Below, piece by piece: positions 18,578 through 27,525 of a stretch of 64,000 nucleotides of DNA. The position numbers were made by a program, and so were the translations under genes. How positions within the stretch are numbered: the stretch's first letter is position 1; the number at the start of each line of letters is the position of its first letter. The notes under the pieces are model-generated. The model made no database searches, had not been told where the DNA came from, and saw nothing but the letters and a program-made list of their open reading frames with translations. Source of the stretch: Dehalococcoidia bacterium (GTDB taxonomy: Bacteria > Chloroflexota > Dehalococcoidia > Lucifugimonadales > UBA3495); assembly GCA_012959605.1 (NCBI GenBank), contig DUCU01000100.1:7147-71146 (forward strand), written 5' to 3'.

Positions 18578-19327
18578 ATGAAGCGATTAGAAGGCAAAAC
18601 AGCCCTGGTCACCGGTTCTGGCCGCAATATCGGCCGGGCAATCATTTTGAAGCTGGCCGCAGAGGGCGCCAATGTGGTGGTGAACGCCCGGAGCAATAAA
18701 GAAGAAGCGGAATCGGTTGCGGCCGAGGCACGCGCTCTGGGAGTACAGGCGCTGCCCTACATTGCCGATGTCTCGGATCATAAACAGGTGAACAGCATGT
18801 TTGCCGCCGCCGCGGAACAGTTCGGCGGAGTGGACATCTTGGTGAGCAACGCCGCTATTCGCCCAAAAACCCCGTTCACGGAACTCACGCTAGAGGACTG
18901 GGAATATGTCAGAGGCGTGGTGTTGGACGGGGCATTCTACTGCGTCCACGCTGCCATGCCGCACATGGAAAAGAACGAATACGGCCGAGTTGTCTTCTTC
19001 ACTGGAGATGGTGCTTTTGTGGGCTCAGCCACCCGCGCCCACGTGTCTGCTGCCAAGATGGGCATCATCGGACTGGCCAGGGGACTAGCTTCTGAATTTG
19101 GACCCAAGAACATCCGAGTGAACGTCATTTCTCCGGGGCGAATCGACACCACCAGGGACATGTCCTGGTATCCAGAGGGCGGAATGCAGGACACATCCAA
19201 CATCCCGGTGCGCCGCCTCGGCACGGTCGATGACATTGCTGCCACCGCCATGTTCCTAATTAACGACGACTGCGGCTTCATGACCGGCCAGACATTGCAC
19301 GTAAACGGCGGAACTAACTTCTTTTAA
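18578..19327 (+). CDS. SDR family oxidoreductase (atypical active site)
   Basis: TGSGRNIGRAI cofactor motif, NAA motif and SDR length. The YxxxK position reads VSAAK (no Tyr). Confidence 0.8.
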   Translation: MKRLEGKTALVTGSGRNIGRAIILKLAAEGANVVVNARSNKEEAESVAAEARALGVQALPYIADVSDHKQVNSMFAAAAEQFGGVDILVSNAAIRPKTPFTELTLEDWEYVRGVVLDGAFYCVHAAMPHMEKNEYGRVVFFTGDGAFVGSATRAHVSAAKMGIIGLARGLASEFGPKNIRVNVISPGRIDTTRDMSWYPEGGMQDTSNIPVRRLGTVDDIAATAMFLINDDCGFMTGQTLHVNGGTNFF

Positions 19328-19350
19328 AGCTGGGACTACGATCAAACAAA

Positions 19351-19390
19351 GAAGCCCGACCGAATGATGCGGTCGGGCTTCTTTGTTTTT
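19351..19390. terminator. bidirectional intrinsic terminator
   Basis: GAAGCCCGACCG-N7-CGGTCGGGCTTC stem followed by TTTGTTTTT, with an A-rich run upstream. It lies between convergent genes. Confidence 0.65.
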
Positions 19391-19420
19391 CTGCCATTTG
19401 TTAGGGGAGTATTCTGATTA

Positions 19421-20095
19421 CTAAGCCCTGAAGCGGAACTCCGTTAGTCCGTCTGAAATAATCAGCTTAGCCTCGGTCAGTTCCTGGATTTCCGCTGGGC
19501 TCCAGCCGGGAGCGTGCTCCACGAGCATGAATCCTTCTGGTGTGATCTCGAACAGGCCGAGGTCGGTGACCAGCATCTTGACCACACCGGGGGCGGTGAT
19601 TGGCAGGGTGCACTTGTTCAGCAGTTTGGGGCCGCCGTCGCGGGTGGTGTGTTCCATGGCGATGAATACGCGCTTGGCGCCAGCGGCCAGGTCCATTGCG
19701 CCACCGATTCCACCGCCCTTGCGACTGGGTATGCGCCAGTTGGCGAAGTCACCATTCTCGGCAACCTCGTAGGCACCCATCACAGTGACGTCAATCATGC
19801 CGCCGCGAATCATCATAAACGAGTCAGCGTGGTGCACACAGGCCATGCCTGGCAGAGGCGTAACTTTCTGTCCGCCGGCGTTGACCAGATGGCGGTCTTC
19901 CTCGCCTTCTTTGGCCAGCGGACCGTAACCAATCACGCCATTCTCGGCGTGGTTGATAATCTCCCGACTGGAATCTGAGTAGTTGGAGCATAGGGTGGGC
20001 ATACCCACTCCCAAATTAACGATCCAACCGTCTTGAAATTCCATGGCCAGGCGGTCGCACATTGCCTGACGTTCCAATTTAACTTTCTCAGCCAT
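19421..20095 (-). CDS. 3-oxoacid CoA-transferase subunit B
   Basis: 224 aa, CoA-transferase B-like (NLGVGMPT, ENG..G.GP, MGAYEV). Confidence 0.85.
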   Translation of the reverse strand: MAEKVKLERQAMCDRLAMEFQDGWIVNLGVGMPTLCSNYSDSSREIINHAENGVIGYGPLAKEGEEDRHLVNAGGQKVTPLPGMACVHHADSFMMIRGGMIDVTVMGAYEVAENGDFANWRIPSRKGGGIGGAMDLAAGAKRVFIAMEHTTRDGGPKLLNKCTLPITAPGVVKMLVTDLGLFEITPEGFMLVEHAPGWSPAEIQELTEAKLIISDGLTEFRFRA

Positions 20096-20146
20096 TGTTA
20101 TCTCCGTATTGAAGCCGTCAGCATTTAGCTGAAAGCTACTTACTTA

Positions 20147-20845
20147 TTAGATCCAGATGCCGTCTGCGGGAATTTTCACCAGCCGGTCCACGTAGATACC
20201 GGCAACGTGAATCAAATCAGGGTCAAGTTCACCGGCCTCGACAATTTCCTCTTCAACCTCAACAATGGTCACCTTCGCGGCCATGGCCATCAGGGGGTTG
20301 AAGTTGCGCTGGGTCAGCCTGAAAACCAGGTTGCCGGCAGTGTCAGCCTTCCAACAGCGAACCAGAGCGTAGTCACCGGGCAATGGATACTCCAGAACAT
20401 GCATTCGGCCGTTAATCTCGCGGTGCTCTTTTCCCTCCGCCAGTTCAGTACCTACTGACGTTGGAGTGTAAAACCCGCCGATTCCAGCGGCAGCGCTGCG
20501 AAGTCGCTCGGCCAGGGTGCCCTGGGGCACCAACTCTGCCTCAATTTCGTCGTCGTTATACATCCGCGTGAACGGTGTGACCTGGGACGGATGGGTGGAC
20601 GCGGTGAAGGCACAGATCATTTTCTTCATCTGTCCGGCTTCAACCAAAGTGCCAATATCGATATTTTCGTCTACTGTCCCGGCGTTATTGGAAACGCCGG
20701 TGAGTCCCTTGGCTCCCTGGCGATTGAGGGCTGCCAACAGGTTCCTGGGCACACCTACGCCACTGAATCCGGGGCTGAGTATCGTGACGCCGTCTGGAAT
20801 GTCCGCAACGGCATCGTCCATGGTCTTAAAAATCTTGTTCTTCAT
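20147..20845 (-). CDS. 3-oxoacid CoA-transferase subunit A
   Basis: 232 aa, subunit A-like (GFSGVGVP, ELVPQGTLAERLRSAAAGIGGFYTPT). Sits adjacent to subunit B. Confidence 0.85.
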   Translation of the reverse strand: MKNKIFKTMDDAVADIPDGVTILSPGFSGVGVPRNLLAALNRQGAKGLTGVSNNAGTVDENIDIGTLVEAGQMKKMICAFTASTHPSQVTPFTRMYNDDEIEAELVPQGTLAERLRSAAAGIGGFYTPTSVGTELAEGKEHREINGRMHVLEYPLPGDYALVRCWKADTAGNLVFRLTQRNFNPLMAMAAKVTIVEVEEEIVEAGELDPDLIHVAGIYVDRLVKIPADGIWI

Positions 20846-21097
20846 GAATACCCTTAAATTCTGGCTTTAAAAAACTGGGCTTCGCTATCTGGACACGAAA
20901 GGCTGTATACGAATGGCCCCTGGCTGGCGTGTTAAATACTACCGCAGACTGGTGTGTCGCGCTAGACCAACTGCTTTATTATTGAGATTACAAGTTCAGG
21001 TTGAGATTTTGAAATATCCTGAGACGACCTTGGGATTGAATATCCCAGGATTTCGTGTATCTTAATCTCGAATGGAATTAAGACTGGAGGTACAACT

Positions 21098-22156
21098 ATG
21101 GTAGCCACAAACCACCGGACTTACGTATATATTGGCCTTGGCGGAGAGGGCGACTACATCGGAGAAGGCGGACTAGTGCGCCGCGCTGACGGGGAAGAAG
21201 AATGGACTGACGTCTCCAAAGGTCTTCCTGATCAACCCCAAGTGCGGGCATTGGCCATCCGACCAGATGACCCCAAAATAGTTTTCGCCGGCACCGACAA
21301 GGGCGTTTACCGCTCCAAGGACCGCGGCGAAAACTGGGAGGCGCTGAACGACGCGGCCCCCGGATATGAGGTCTGGTCGCTGATACTTCACCCTGACAAC
21401 CCCAATGTGATCTTTGCCGGATACGACTCCTGCTCCATCTCACGCTCCCAAGACGGTGGCGACACCTGGAAGATGATGGACACCAGTGCGGTTGTATATC
21501 CGTTTATCACCACCTATATGCCTCCACTTGCCAAGCGAGTCATTGGCATGTCCTTCGACCCGTCTGACACCAATGACATCTACGCTGCTATAGAAGTTGG
21601 CGGCCTCTTGGCTAGCCGTGACGGCGGCGAGACCTGGATCTCGATGATTGACGGCCCGTATCTCAAGAACAATACCCTGGACCTGCACCACGTTCAGGTC
21701 AGTGCCGCTGCCCCGGGAACCGTGCACATTGCCACACAGACCGCCATGTTCCGCAGCCGCGACAAGGGCGTACGCTGGGAGCACGTTCAATTTGAAGACA
21801 TGTTCCCCGGGGGTTCGTACTGCAGAGACTTGCTCGTTGCGCCAGACGACCCCAAGACCATCTACCTGGCTGCCGGAGCCGGTGGTGGCGCCGCACCTGC
21901 AGATACCGTCCAACAGGGTGCTCTCTTCCGCAGCCGTGACGCCGGTGAGACCTATGACCGTATGGATCTTGGCGAGACCGTCCCCGGCCGGATGATGGCG
22001 ATCGCCATTGATGCCGGAGCTCCAGACCACATCTACTGCGCCGCCTACAGCGGTGAGGTCTACAGCAGCACCGACGGCGGTGACAACTGGAGCAAGAGCA
22101 AGACCCCGGCAGAGGCGACTCGCCATCTGCACGTTTATCCAATGGTCTGCGGTTAG
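21098..22156 (+). CDS. BNR/Asp-box repeat beta-propeller protein
   Basis: Six Asp-box motifs (SKDRGENW, SQDGGDTW, SRDGGETW, SRDKGVRW, SRDAGETY, STDGGDNW). GGAGG RBS present. Confidence 0.7.
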   Translation: MVATNHRTYVYIGLGGEGDYIGEGGLVRRADGEEEWTDVSKGLPDQPQVRALAIRPDDPKIVFAGTDKGVYRSKDRGENWEALNDAAPGYEVWSLILHPDNPNVIFAGYDSCSISRSQDGGDTWKMMDTSAVVYPFITTYMPPLAKRVIGMSFDPSDTNDIYAAIEVGGLLASRDGGETWISMIDGPYLKNNTLDLHHVQVSAAAPGTVHIATQTAMFRSRDKGVRWEHVQFEDMFPGGSYCRDLLVAPDDPKTIYLAAGAGGGAAPADTVQQGALFRSRDAGETYDRMDLGETVPGRMMAIAIDAGAPDHIYCAAYSGEVYSSTDGGDNWSKSKTPAEATRHLHVYPMVCG

Positions 22157-22254
22157 ACCTTTTACCGTTAAAGCCCTATGAAATAAAATCGATGGTCTGA
22201 GCTTGAGGTTCAGGCCATCGATTCAGTTGGCCGCGCCCGGCAGGGGCGCCGAAA

Positions 22255-22893
22255 ATGCAGGAGACCGGATTGACAAGTTTCTCGATTGACCGGGCGACCT
22301 ACAGTGTGGGAGAAAGCGCCCTGGATTTAATGGTTTTGGAGAAGACTGGGTTCCCAGAGTTTTTCCAAGGACACCAAGTTATCCGTGAAGGCTCATTGGA
22401 TAACGCCACCCTGGCTGAGAACGGCTTTGCGGGAAGCACTGCAGACCGATTTTCTGATGCCGGACGCGTCACAGGCATGATGCGTGAGCTCGGACCCACC
22501 TCCAACATGGCCATGTCCGACGGTTTCGACTTCATGGCCGCTTCAGTGGTGCACCTCTTCGACTCCCCTGATTCGGTCCATTACTGGATGCACGACATCT
22601 TTCTGAAGGATTTTGAGGATCAGATCGGTGAAAGTGTGGGACCGGGGCATCAACTAGTCTCGGCAACCAGACTCGAGCCTCAGGGGTTCTTCGACGAGGC
22701 TGTTGGCTTACGCATATTGCAGGGTGGCACCAACGGTCTAATCTCTTCCACCGTGGTGGACTTCAGAGTTGGCCGCTTGTTGGGCGTGGTGTTCATCGGG
22801 GCCGTTGGGGATCATGACCGACTGCGGCCGGTTGAACAGTTGGGCCAAGCGCTGGAGAAGCAAATGGTCAGCGTGGTTCTGGGTTCCACGTAA
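22255..22893 (+). CDS. hypothetical protein
   Basis: 212-aa ORF with no recognised motif and a weak start context. Confidence 0.35.
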   Translation: MQETGLTSFSIDRATYSVGESALDLMVLEKTGFPEFFQGHQVIREGSLDNATLAENGFAGSTADRFSDAGRVTGMMRELGPTSNMAMSDGFDFMAASVVHLFDSPDSVHYWMHDIFLKDFEDQIGESVGPGHQLVSATRLEPQGFFDEAVGLRILQGGTNGLISSTVVDFRVGRLLGVVFIGAVGDHDRLRPVEQLGQALEKQMVSVVLGST

Positions 22894-22929
22894 GGCAGGT
22901 TAGGCCCGCCCAGCACCCAAATTTCTCCA

Positions 22930-23973
22930 TTAGCCGATGTGAATCGGCTCCACTTTGACTGTCCGGCCTGTCTTGGCCGATTCAATCATGCCGTCTGTGA
23001 TTTGCACCGATCTGAGGCCGTCCAACCCCGAAGCCTGGGGTTCTTCATCGTTGGCAATGGCCCGGTTGAATCCCTCTATCTGCCATTTGGCCAGGGACAG
23101 GGCGTCCGGCTCGTAATCAACCGTGTTGTTCACAGTCTCGCTGATTACCTCCAAACTGCCGCCAAACGCCGGCCTCGAAGAATCTTTCAGTATGACCCGC
23201 CCGTCACTGCCGTAGATCGTAATGTCGTTCAAGGCGTCTGGCATCTTGTTTCCGCAGCACATCGCCCCGATGGCGCCGCCGCTAAACCGCAGCGACAAAG
23301 AAACCATGTTTTCCAGCGGAGAGGCATCCGTCTGTCCATCAGTGATTGCCGTCACTTCCACGACCGTCTGACCGATGACGAATTCCAGATCATCCACACA
23401 GTGAACGCCGGAACCGATCATTGTGCTGGAGTTTCCGACCATCTCCGGAGATTCCCACCACTCTCTCAGGCCAGAGCGGAGCTCGCGCTGGAGCTCTCCC
23501 CTAGTGCCAGAGCCAATCAGGCCCTGTGCCAGCGCCACACGTCCTAGTGCACCCTCGCGAATCAGCTTGCTGGCCTCGATGTGGCCGGGATGGTGTCTCA
23601 GTTGAAAGCCAACTCCTAATTTAACTCCGTTGGCTTTACACGCCTTAATCATGTCCACGCAATCGCTTACGGTCGTCGCCATTGGCTTCTCAACCAAGAT
23701 GTGCTTCCCGGCCTTGGCGGCTAGTTGAGTGAATTCAGCATGCAGATTATTGGGGGAGGCGACGAATACGACATCGACTCTGGAATCAGCCAACAACGCC
23801 TCGACCGAAGTGTAGGCAGCATCCGCGCCGTGGGTCTTGGCAAAAGCGTCTGCCCGTTCTTGGTCTCTGCTGTAGGCGGCCACGATTGACGTATTCTCAG
23901 CCAGCACAGCGGCCGGCGCGATCCGGGAATTGGGATAATTCCCGGTGCCTATAAATCCCCAACCAATGGCCAA
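22930..23973 (-). CDS. Gfo/Idh/MocA family oxidoreductase
   Basis: N-terminal Rossmann motif GFIGTGNY and EKP motif (LVEKPMA). Confidence 0.85.
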   Translation of the reverse strand: MAIGWGFIGTGNYPNSRIAPAAVLAENTSIVAAYSRDQERADAFAKTHGADAAYTSVEALLADSRVDVVFVASPNNLHAEFTQLAAKAGKHILVEKPMATTVSDCVDMIKACKANGVKLGVGFQLRHHPGHIEASKLIREGALGRVALAQGLIGSGTRGELQRELRSGLREWWESPEMVGNSSTMIGSGVHCVDDLEFVIGQTVVEVTAITDGQTDASPLENMVSLSLRFSGGAIGAMCCGNKMPDALNDITIYGSDGRVILKDSSRPAFGGSLEVISETVNNTVDYEPDALSLAKWQIEGFNRAIANDEEPQASGLDGLRSVQITDGMIESAKTGRTVKVEPIHIG

Positions 23974-24029
23974 TTCCGCACCCCTTCAGTTAATCTATTC
24001 CCGGACCCGTTTGAGCCTGCGCGAGACTG

Positions 24030-24815
24030 CTAGGCCCCTGCGCCTACTTTGTTGGCGGCTTCTCTGAGGAATTTGGTGATGTGAGGCAGCACCGGCTCGC
24101 TGGACCGGGACGCCTCTCCGTGATTCAGACCAGGCAGGGTCACAAATTCGCAGCCTGGTATCGCCTCTGCTGAGGCCTTGGCAGCGGGGTAGAACCCGTC
24201 AGCGTCACCACAGTAGATCAGGAAGGGCAGATTCAGGCCTGGCAGCAGTTCAGGAATGTTCTCTGTACCCATCGGCGCAAGGGTGGCCGCTATCAGAGCT
24301 TCAGCGTCGTTCTCCAGCAGCCTTGCTTTCCGTCCGGCTTCCATGGGGCCTTCATTGGCCTCTGCGTTGGCCACATAGGCGTCAATCCCACCCCGCAGCA
24401 CGCCAATCCTACGCTCGGGCGGGGTATCGGTGTTGGCAACGTGAGCGCCCATACCACCGATAGCAAACGAATGGAACCTGCCCAATGCGTGTTTCACCAA
24501 ACCAAATCCGATTCGACCACCCATGGAGTAACCCAAATAGTGCGCCTTATCCACGCCTAGGTCGTCAATGACGGCGAGAATGTCGCTAACCCTGAGTTCT
24601 AGGTCGTAAGCTGCCGGGTCGTGGGGTTTGTCACTAAGGCCGTGACCGCGGGCGTCTACCAGTATCAGGCGGTAGTCGTTTTTTAGTTCCTCCACATAGC
24701 CGTAGGCGTACCAGTTTTGCAGGCTGCTGGTTAGTCCGTGTTGAATCACTAGGGGAGGACCGTCTCCCTCAACATGGTAATGAATTTTTACACCGGAGTT
24801 GTCTACGTATGGCAT
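24030..24815 (-). CDS. alpha/beta hydrolase
   Basis: HG oxyanion motif (VIQHGL) and nucleophile elbow GYSMGG. Confidence 0.85.
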   Translation of the reverse strand: MPYVDNSGVKIHYHVEGDGPPLVIQHGLTSSLQNWYAYGYVEELKNDYRLILVDARGHGLSDKPHDPAAYDLELRVSDILAVIDDLGVDKAHYLGYSMGGRIGFGLVKHALGRFHSFAIGGMGAHVANTDTPPERRIGVLRGGIDAYVANAEANEGPMEAGRKARLLENDAEALIAATLAPMGTENIPELLPGLNLPFLIYCGDADGFYPAAKASAEAIPGCEFVTLPGLNHGEASRSSEPVLPHITKFLREAANKVGAGA

Positions 24816-24873
24816 CTGTCTTCTCCCAAATTATTGTCTGCAGATAGGTAGATGGTTCGGACTTGAAGGGTGA

Positions 24874-25953
24874 TCACCCCTCGCGGATTAGCCGTGCGGC
24901 CTCGTCGCCCATCTCAGAGGTAGAGGCGGTGCCGCCCAGGTCTACGGTCAAGATAGTGCGTTGCTCCAGGCATTTGGCCACAGCCTTGTCCACACGCTCG
25001 GCGGCTGCTGTGTCGCCGAAGTGATCAAGCATCATGGCCACGGCGGAGACGGTTGCCAACGGATTGGCGATTCCCTTGCCCATGATATCGAACGCTGCGC
25101 CGTGAACCGGCTCGAATAAGGACGGGAATTCATGATCGGGGTTGATGTTGGCGCTGGGTGCCAGACCCATGCTGCCAGTCACAACTGCTGCGATGTCTGA
25201 CAGAATATCGGCGAATAGGTTGGACGCCACCATAACGTCAAAGTCCTCAGGCCAGCGGACCAAATCCATACAGGCCCGGTCAACCAACAGCGATTCAGTC
25301 TCGATATGCGGGAAATCGGCTGCCACTTCGGTGAAGACCTCATCCCAGAAGACCATGCCAAACGACTGGGCATTGGACTTGGTGACTGAGGTTACTTTCT
25401 TGCCCTTGGCCTTGTTGCGCCGGTCGCAGTACTCAAACGCCGCCCGGATGATGCGCTCGGTGCCTCGGCGGGTAAACATGTTGGTCTGGACCACTGTTTC
25501 ATGAGCTGTGCCCGCATAAAGGCGTCCACCCACGGGAGCGTACTCGCCCTCGGTGTTCTCCCTAAAGATGACCATGTCGATGTCGCCAGCCTTTTTGCCG
25601 ACCAAGGGCGATTCCACGCCTGGATGAAGATAGGCGGGGCGGATACAAACTCCCTGGTCAAAGCTGCGACGCATGGGCAACAACAGGCCATGCAGGGTGA
25701 TGTGGTCGGGGATGTTGGGGTCACCAACCGCGCCGAACAAGATAGTGTCAAAGGCTTTCAATGTCTCGATGCCATCTACAGGCATGAGATTGCCGGTTTC
25801 GCGGTAGTATTCCGAGCCCCAGGGGAACTCGGTGAACTGAAAGCTGAGTCCGTCGGTCACGCTAGCCACAGCCTCGAGGGCTTTTCTGCCTTCGGCGATG
25901 ACCTCTAGCCCCACGCCATCGCCGGGAATCACTGCTATCTTGTATTCGGCCAT
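24874..25953 (-). CDS. isocitrate/isopropylmalate dehydrogenase family enzyme, tartrate/D-malate dehydrogenase-like
   Basis: IAVIPGDGVG, RENTEGEY, VTKSNA and a 359-aa length. Subgroup assignment is by resemblance only. Confidence 0.75.
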   Translation of the reverse strand: MAEYKIAVIPGDGVGLEVIAEGRKALEAVASVTDGLSFQFTEFPWGSEYYRETGNLMPVDGIETLKAFDTILFGAVGDPNIPDHITLHGLLLPMRRSFDQGVCIRPAYLHPGVESPLVGKKAGDIDMVIFRENTEGEYAPVGGRLYAGTAHETVVQTNMFTRRGTERIIRAAFEYCDRRNKAKGKKVTSVTKSNAQSFGMVFWDEVFTEVAADFPHIETESLLVDRACMDLVRWPEDFDVMVASNLFADILSDIAAVVTGSMGLAPSANINPDHEFPSLFEPVHGAAFDIMGKGIANPLATVSAVAMMLDHFGDTAAAERVDKAVAKCLEQRTILTVDLGGTASTSEMGDEAARLIREG

Positions 25954-25996
25954 TTTGGTCCTTTTTCTTTATTGGTCTTGATAAAAATTCGGAGGG

Positions 25997-26944
25997 TCAG
26001 GTTTTCACCTGTTGGACTCCGCCGCCCATTAGTCGGAAATGGTACACCTCGTTGGCGTCTGGGAAAGCCTCTTTGGCCTTGTGGAAGGTCGATGCGCCGC
26101 GCCGCTCGCGGGCGTCCAGCAGCACACCCATTATTGTTCCGCTGTGTCCAACGTTGATCCCTACTGCGCCAACTGACTCCGCAAATTCTTTGACTTCGCC
26201 AATACGTGGCTTGGAGAGAACTATTTGACTGGCTTCAGCGCTGATGCTGGCTCCCTGGCCCACCAGAACCGGGTCTTGTTCAGCAATTCCCTTTCGTAGT
26301 AGACGCAGGGCTTCAGTAGTCTGTTCGTTGACTGCCTTCCAGCGTTGGAAGCGATCAACCATGTTGAACTGCACCGTGTCCACGGTGCCTCCCAGGTCCA
26401 GGGCCACGATCTCCATAGGCGGAGGCGGGCCTAGACTCTCGTGAATAGTCCCGGCTCGGTGGTCAAAGAGGGCCACGCCGGGAATCATAATGCCGTCAGT
26501 GGGCTCAATGGACAGGGCAATATTGGCTATCTGCTCAGAAGTAAGCTCGTGACCCAGTGCCAGGCCGGTAGCCGCGATCGCCGCAGTTAGGTCAGCGCTG
26601 CTACTGGCCATACCTTTGCCACGGGGAATGGGGTTATTAATGGTCAGCTTAGCGCGAACTTTGGCGTTTTTCAGTTGCAAAAGAGTGCGCCGGACGGCAG
26701 CTCCAGTCTTTTCACAATTTTCTGGGACCTCTATACCATGTCCACCGGAGTAGATATCAACTTTGACTCTGGAGTAGAAATCCACCGGGCAGGTGACCAG
26801 GAAGTGGTTGCCATCGATGATTCCCTGGGCCAGTTCACCGCAGACGCCAGGCGCCCGAACAGTCGCGGTACCCAAAAGCACTGATTCGTTTCCGTTTGGC
26901 CCGCTGCCGTTTGACCCGCTATCGTTTGATGACGAAGTTGCCAA
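25997..26944 (-). CDS. GHMP kinase, PduX-like L-threonine kinase (cobalamin context)
   Basis: GHMP motif PRGKGMASSSA and N-terminal GVCGELAQG. Lies directly downstream of cobU. Confidence 0.6.
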   Translation of the reverse strand: MATSSSNDSGSNGSGPNGNESVLLGTATVRAPGVCGELAQGIIDGNHFLVTCPVDFYSRVKVDIYSGGHGIEVPENCEKTGAAVRRTLLQLKNAKVRAKLTINNPIPRGKGMASSSADLTAAIAATGLALGHELTSEQIANIALSIEPTDGIMIPGVALFDHRAGTIHESLGPPPPMEIVALDLGGTVDTVQFNMVDRFQRWKAVNEQTTEALRLLRKGIAEQDPVLVGQGASISAEASQIVLSKPRIGEVKEFAESVGAVGINVGHSGTIMGVLLDARERRGASTFHKAKEAFPDANEVYHFRLMGGGVQQVKT

Positions 26945-26949
26945 GGGTT

Positions 26950-27525
26950 CTACTCCCCGTTTCCTGATTTAATTTCTAATGGAATTCCTGCAACCACCAG
27001 GTGCACTTCCGTGGCGGTGGCGGCAATGCGTTGGTTGACCGTGCCCAAAAGGTCTTGGAACCGACGCCCCAGGGGCTCAACAGGCACCAAACTCATCCCA
27101 ACTTCGCTGCTAACCATGACAAACGCCTGGTCAGACATGGCGGTCAGCACCAGCAGTTTATCGGTCTCGGCGATGACTATCTGTTCTATAGCTTGCTTGG
27201 ATTCGGTTTCGTGTTCCAGCAACAGATTGGCAACCCAGACGTCAATCGAGTCAATAATCACTGCACCCGGACTCGGCTCTTGTCCTAGCAATCCGATCAT
27301 TTGCTCTGCCAGTCTGGTCGGTTCTTCAAGGGTCGACCAGTCTGCCGGCCGTGACTGCTGGTGGCGATCGATGCGTTCTTTCATTTCGTCGTCAATCGCA
27401 ACGCCGGTAGCCACGTATAATATCGAACCGCCGTTTAGCCGACCCAGCGACGCCACTCTGCTCTCGGCGAAGGCGCTCTTGCCAGACCGCACACCGCCAA
27501 ACACCAAGCAGAGGTCGGAGGCCAT
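26950..27525 (-). CDS. cobU: adenosylcobinamide kinase / adenosylcobinamide-phosphate guanylyltransferase
   Basis: 191 aa with P-loop GGVRSGKS. The start overlaps the cobQ stop. Confidence 0.8.
   Translation of the reverse strand: MASDLCLVFGGVRSGKSAFAESRVASLGRLNGGSILYVATGVAIDDEMKERIDRHQQSRPADWSTLEEPTRLAEQMIGLLGQEPSPGAVIIDSIDVWVANLLLEHETESKQAIEQIVIAETDKLLVLTAMSDQAFVMVSSEVGMSLVPVEPLGRRFQDLLGTVNQRIAATATEVHLVVAGIPLEIKSGNGE

Noticed and set aside
21096-22142. Long minus-strand ORFs (115, 230 and 147 aa) antisense to the BNR-repeat gene.
   Set aside because: The plus-strand frame carries six regular Asp-box motifs and a GGAGG RBS. The antisense frames are Arg/Gly-rich shadows.
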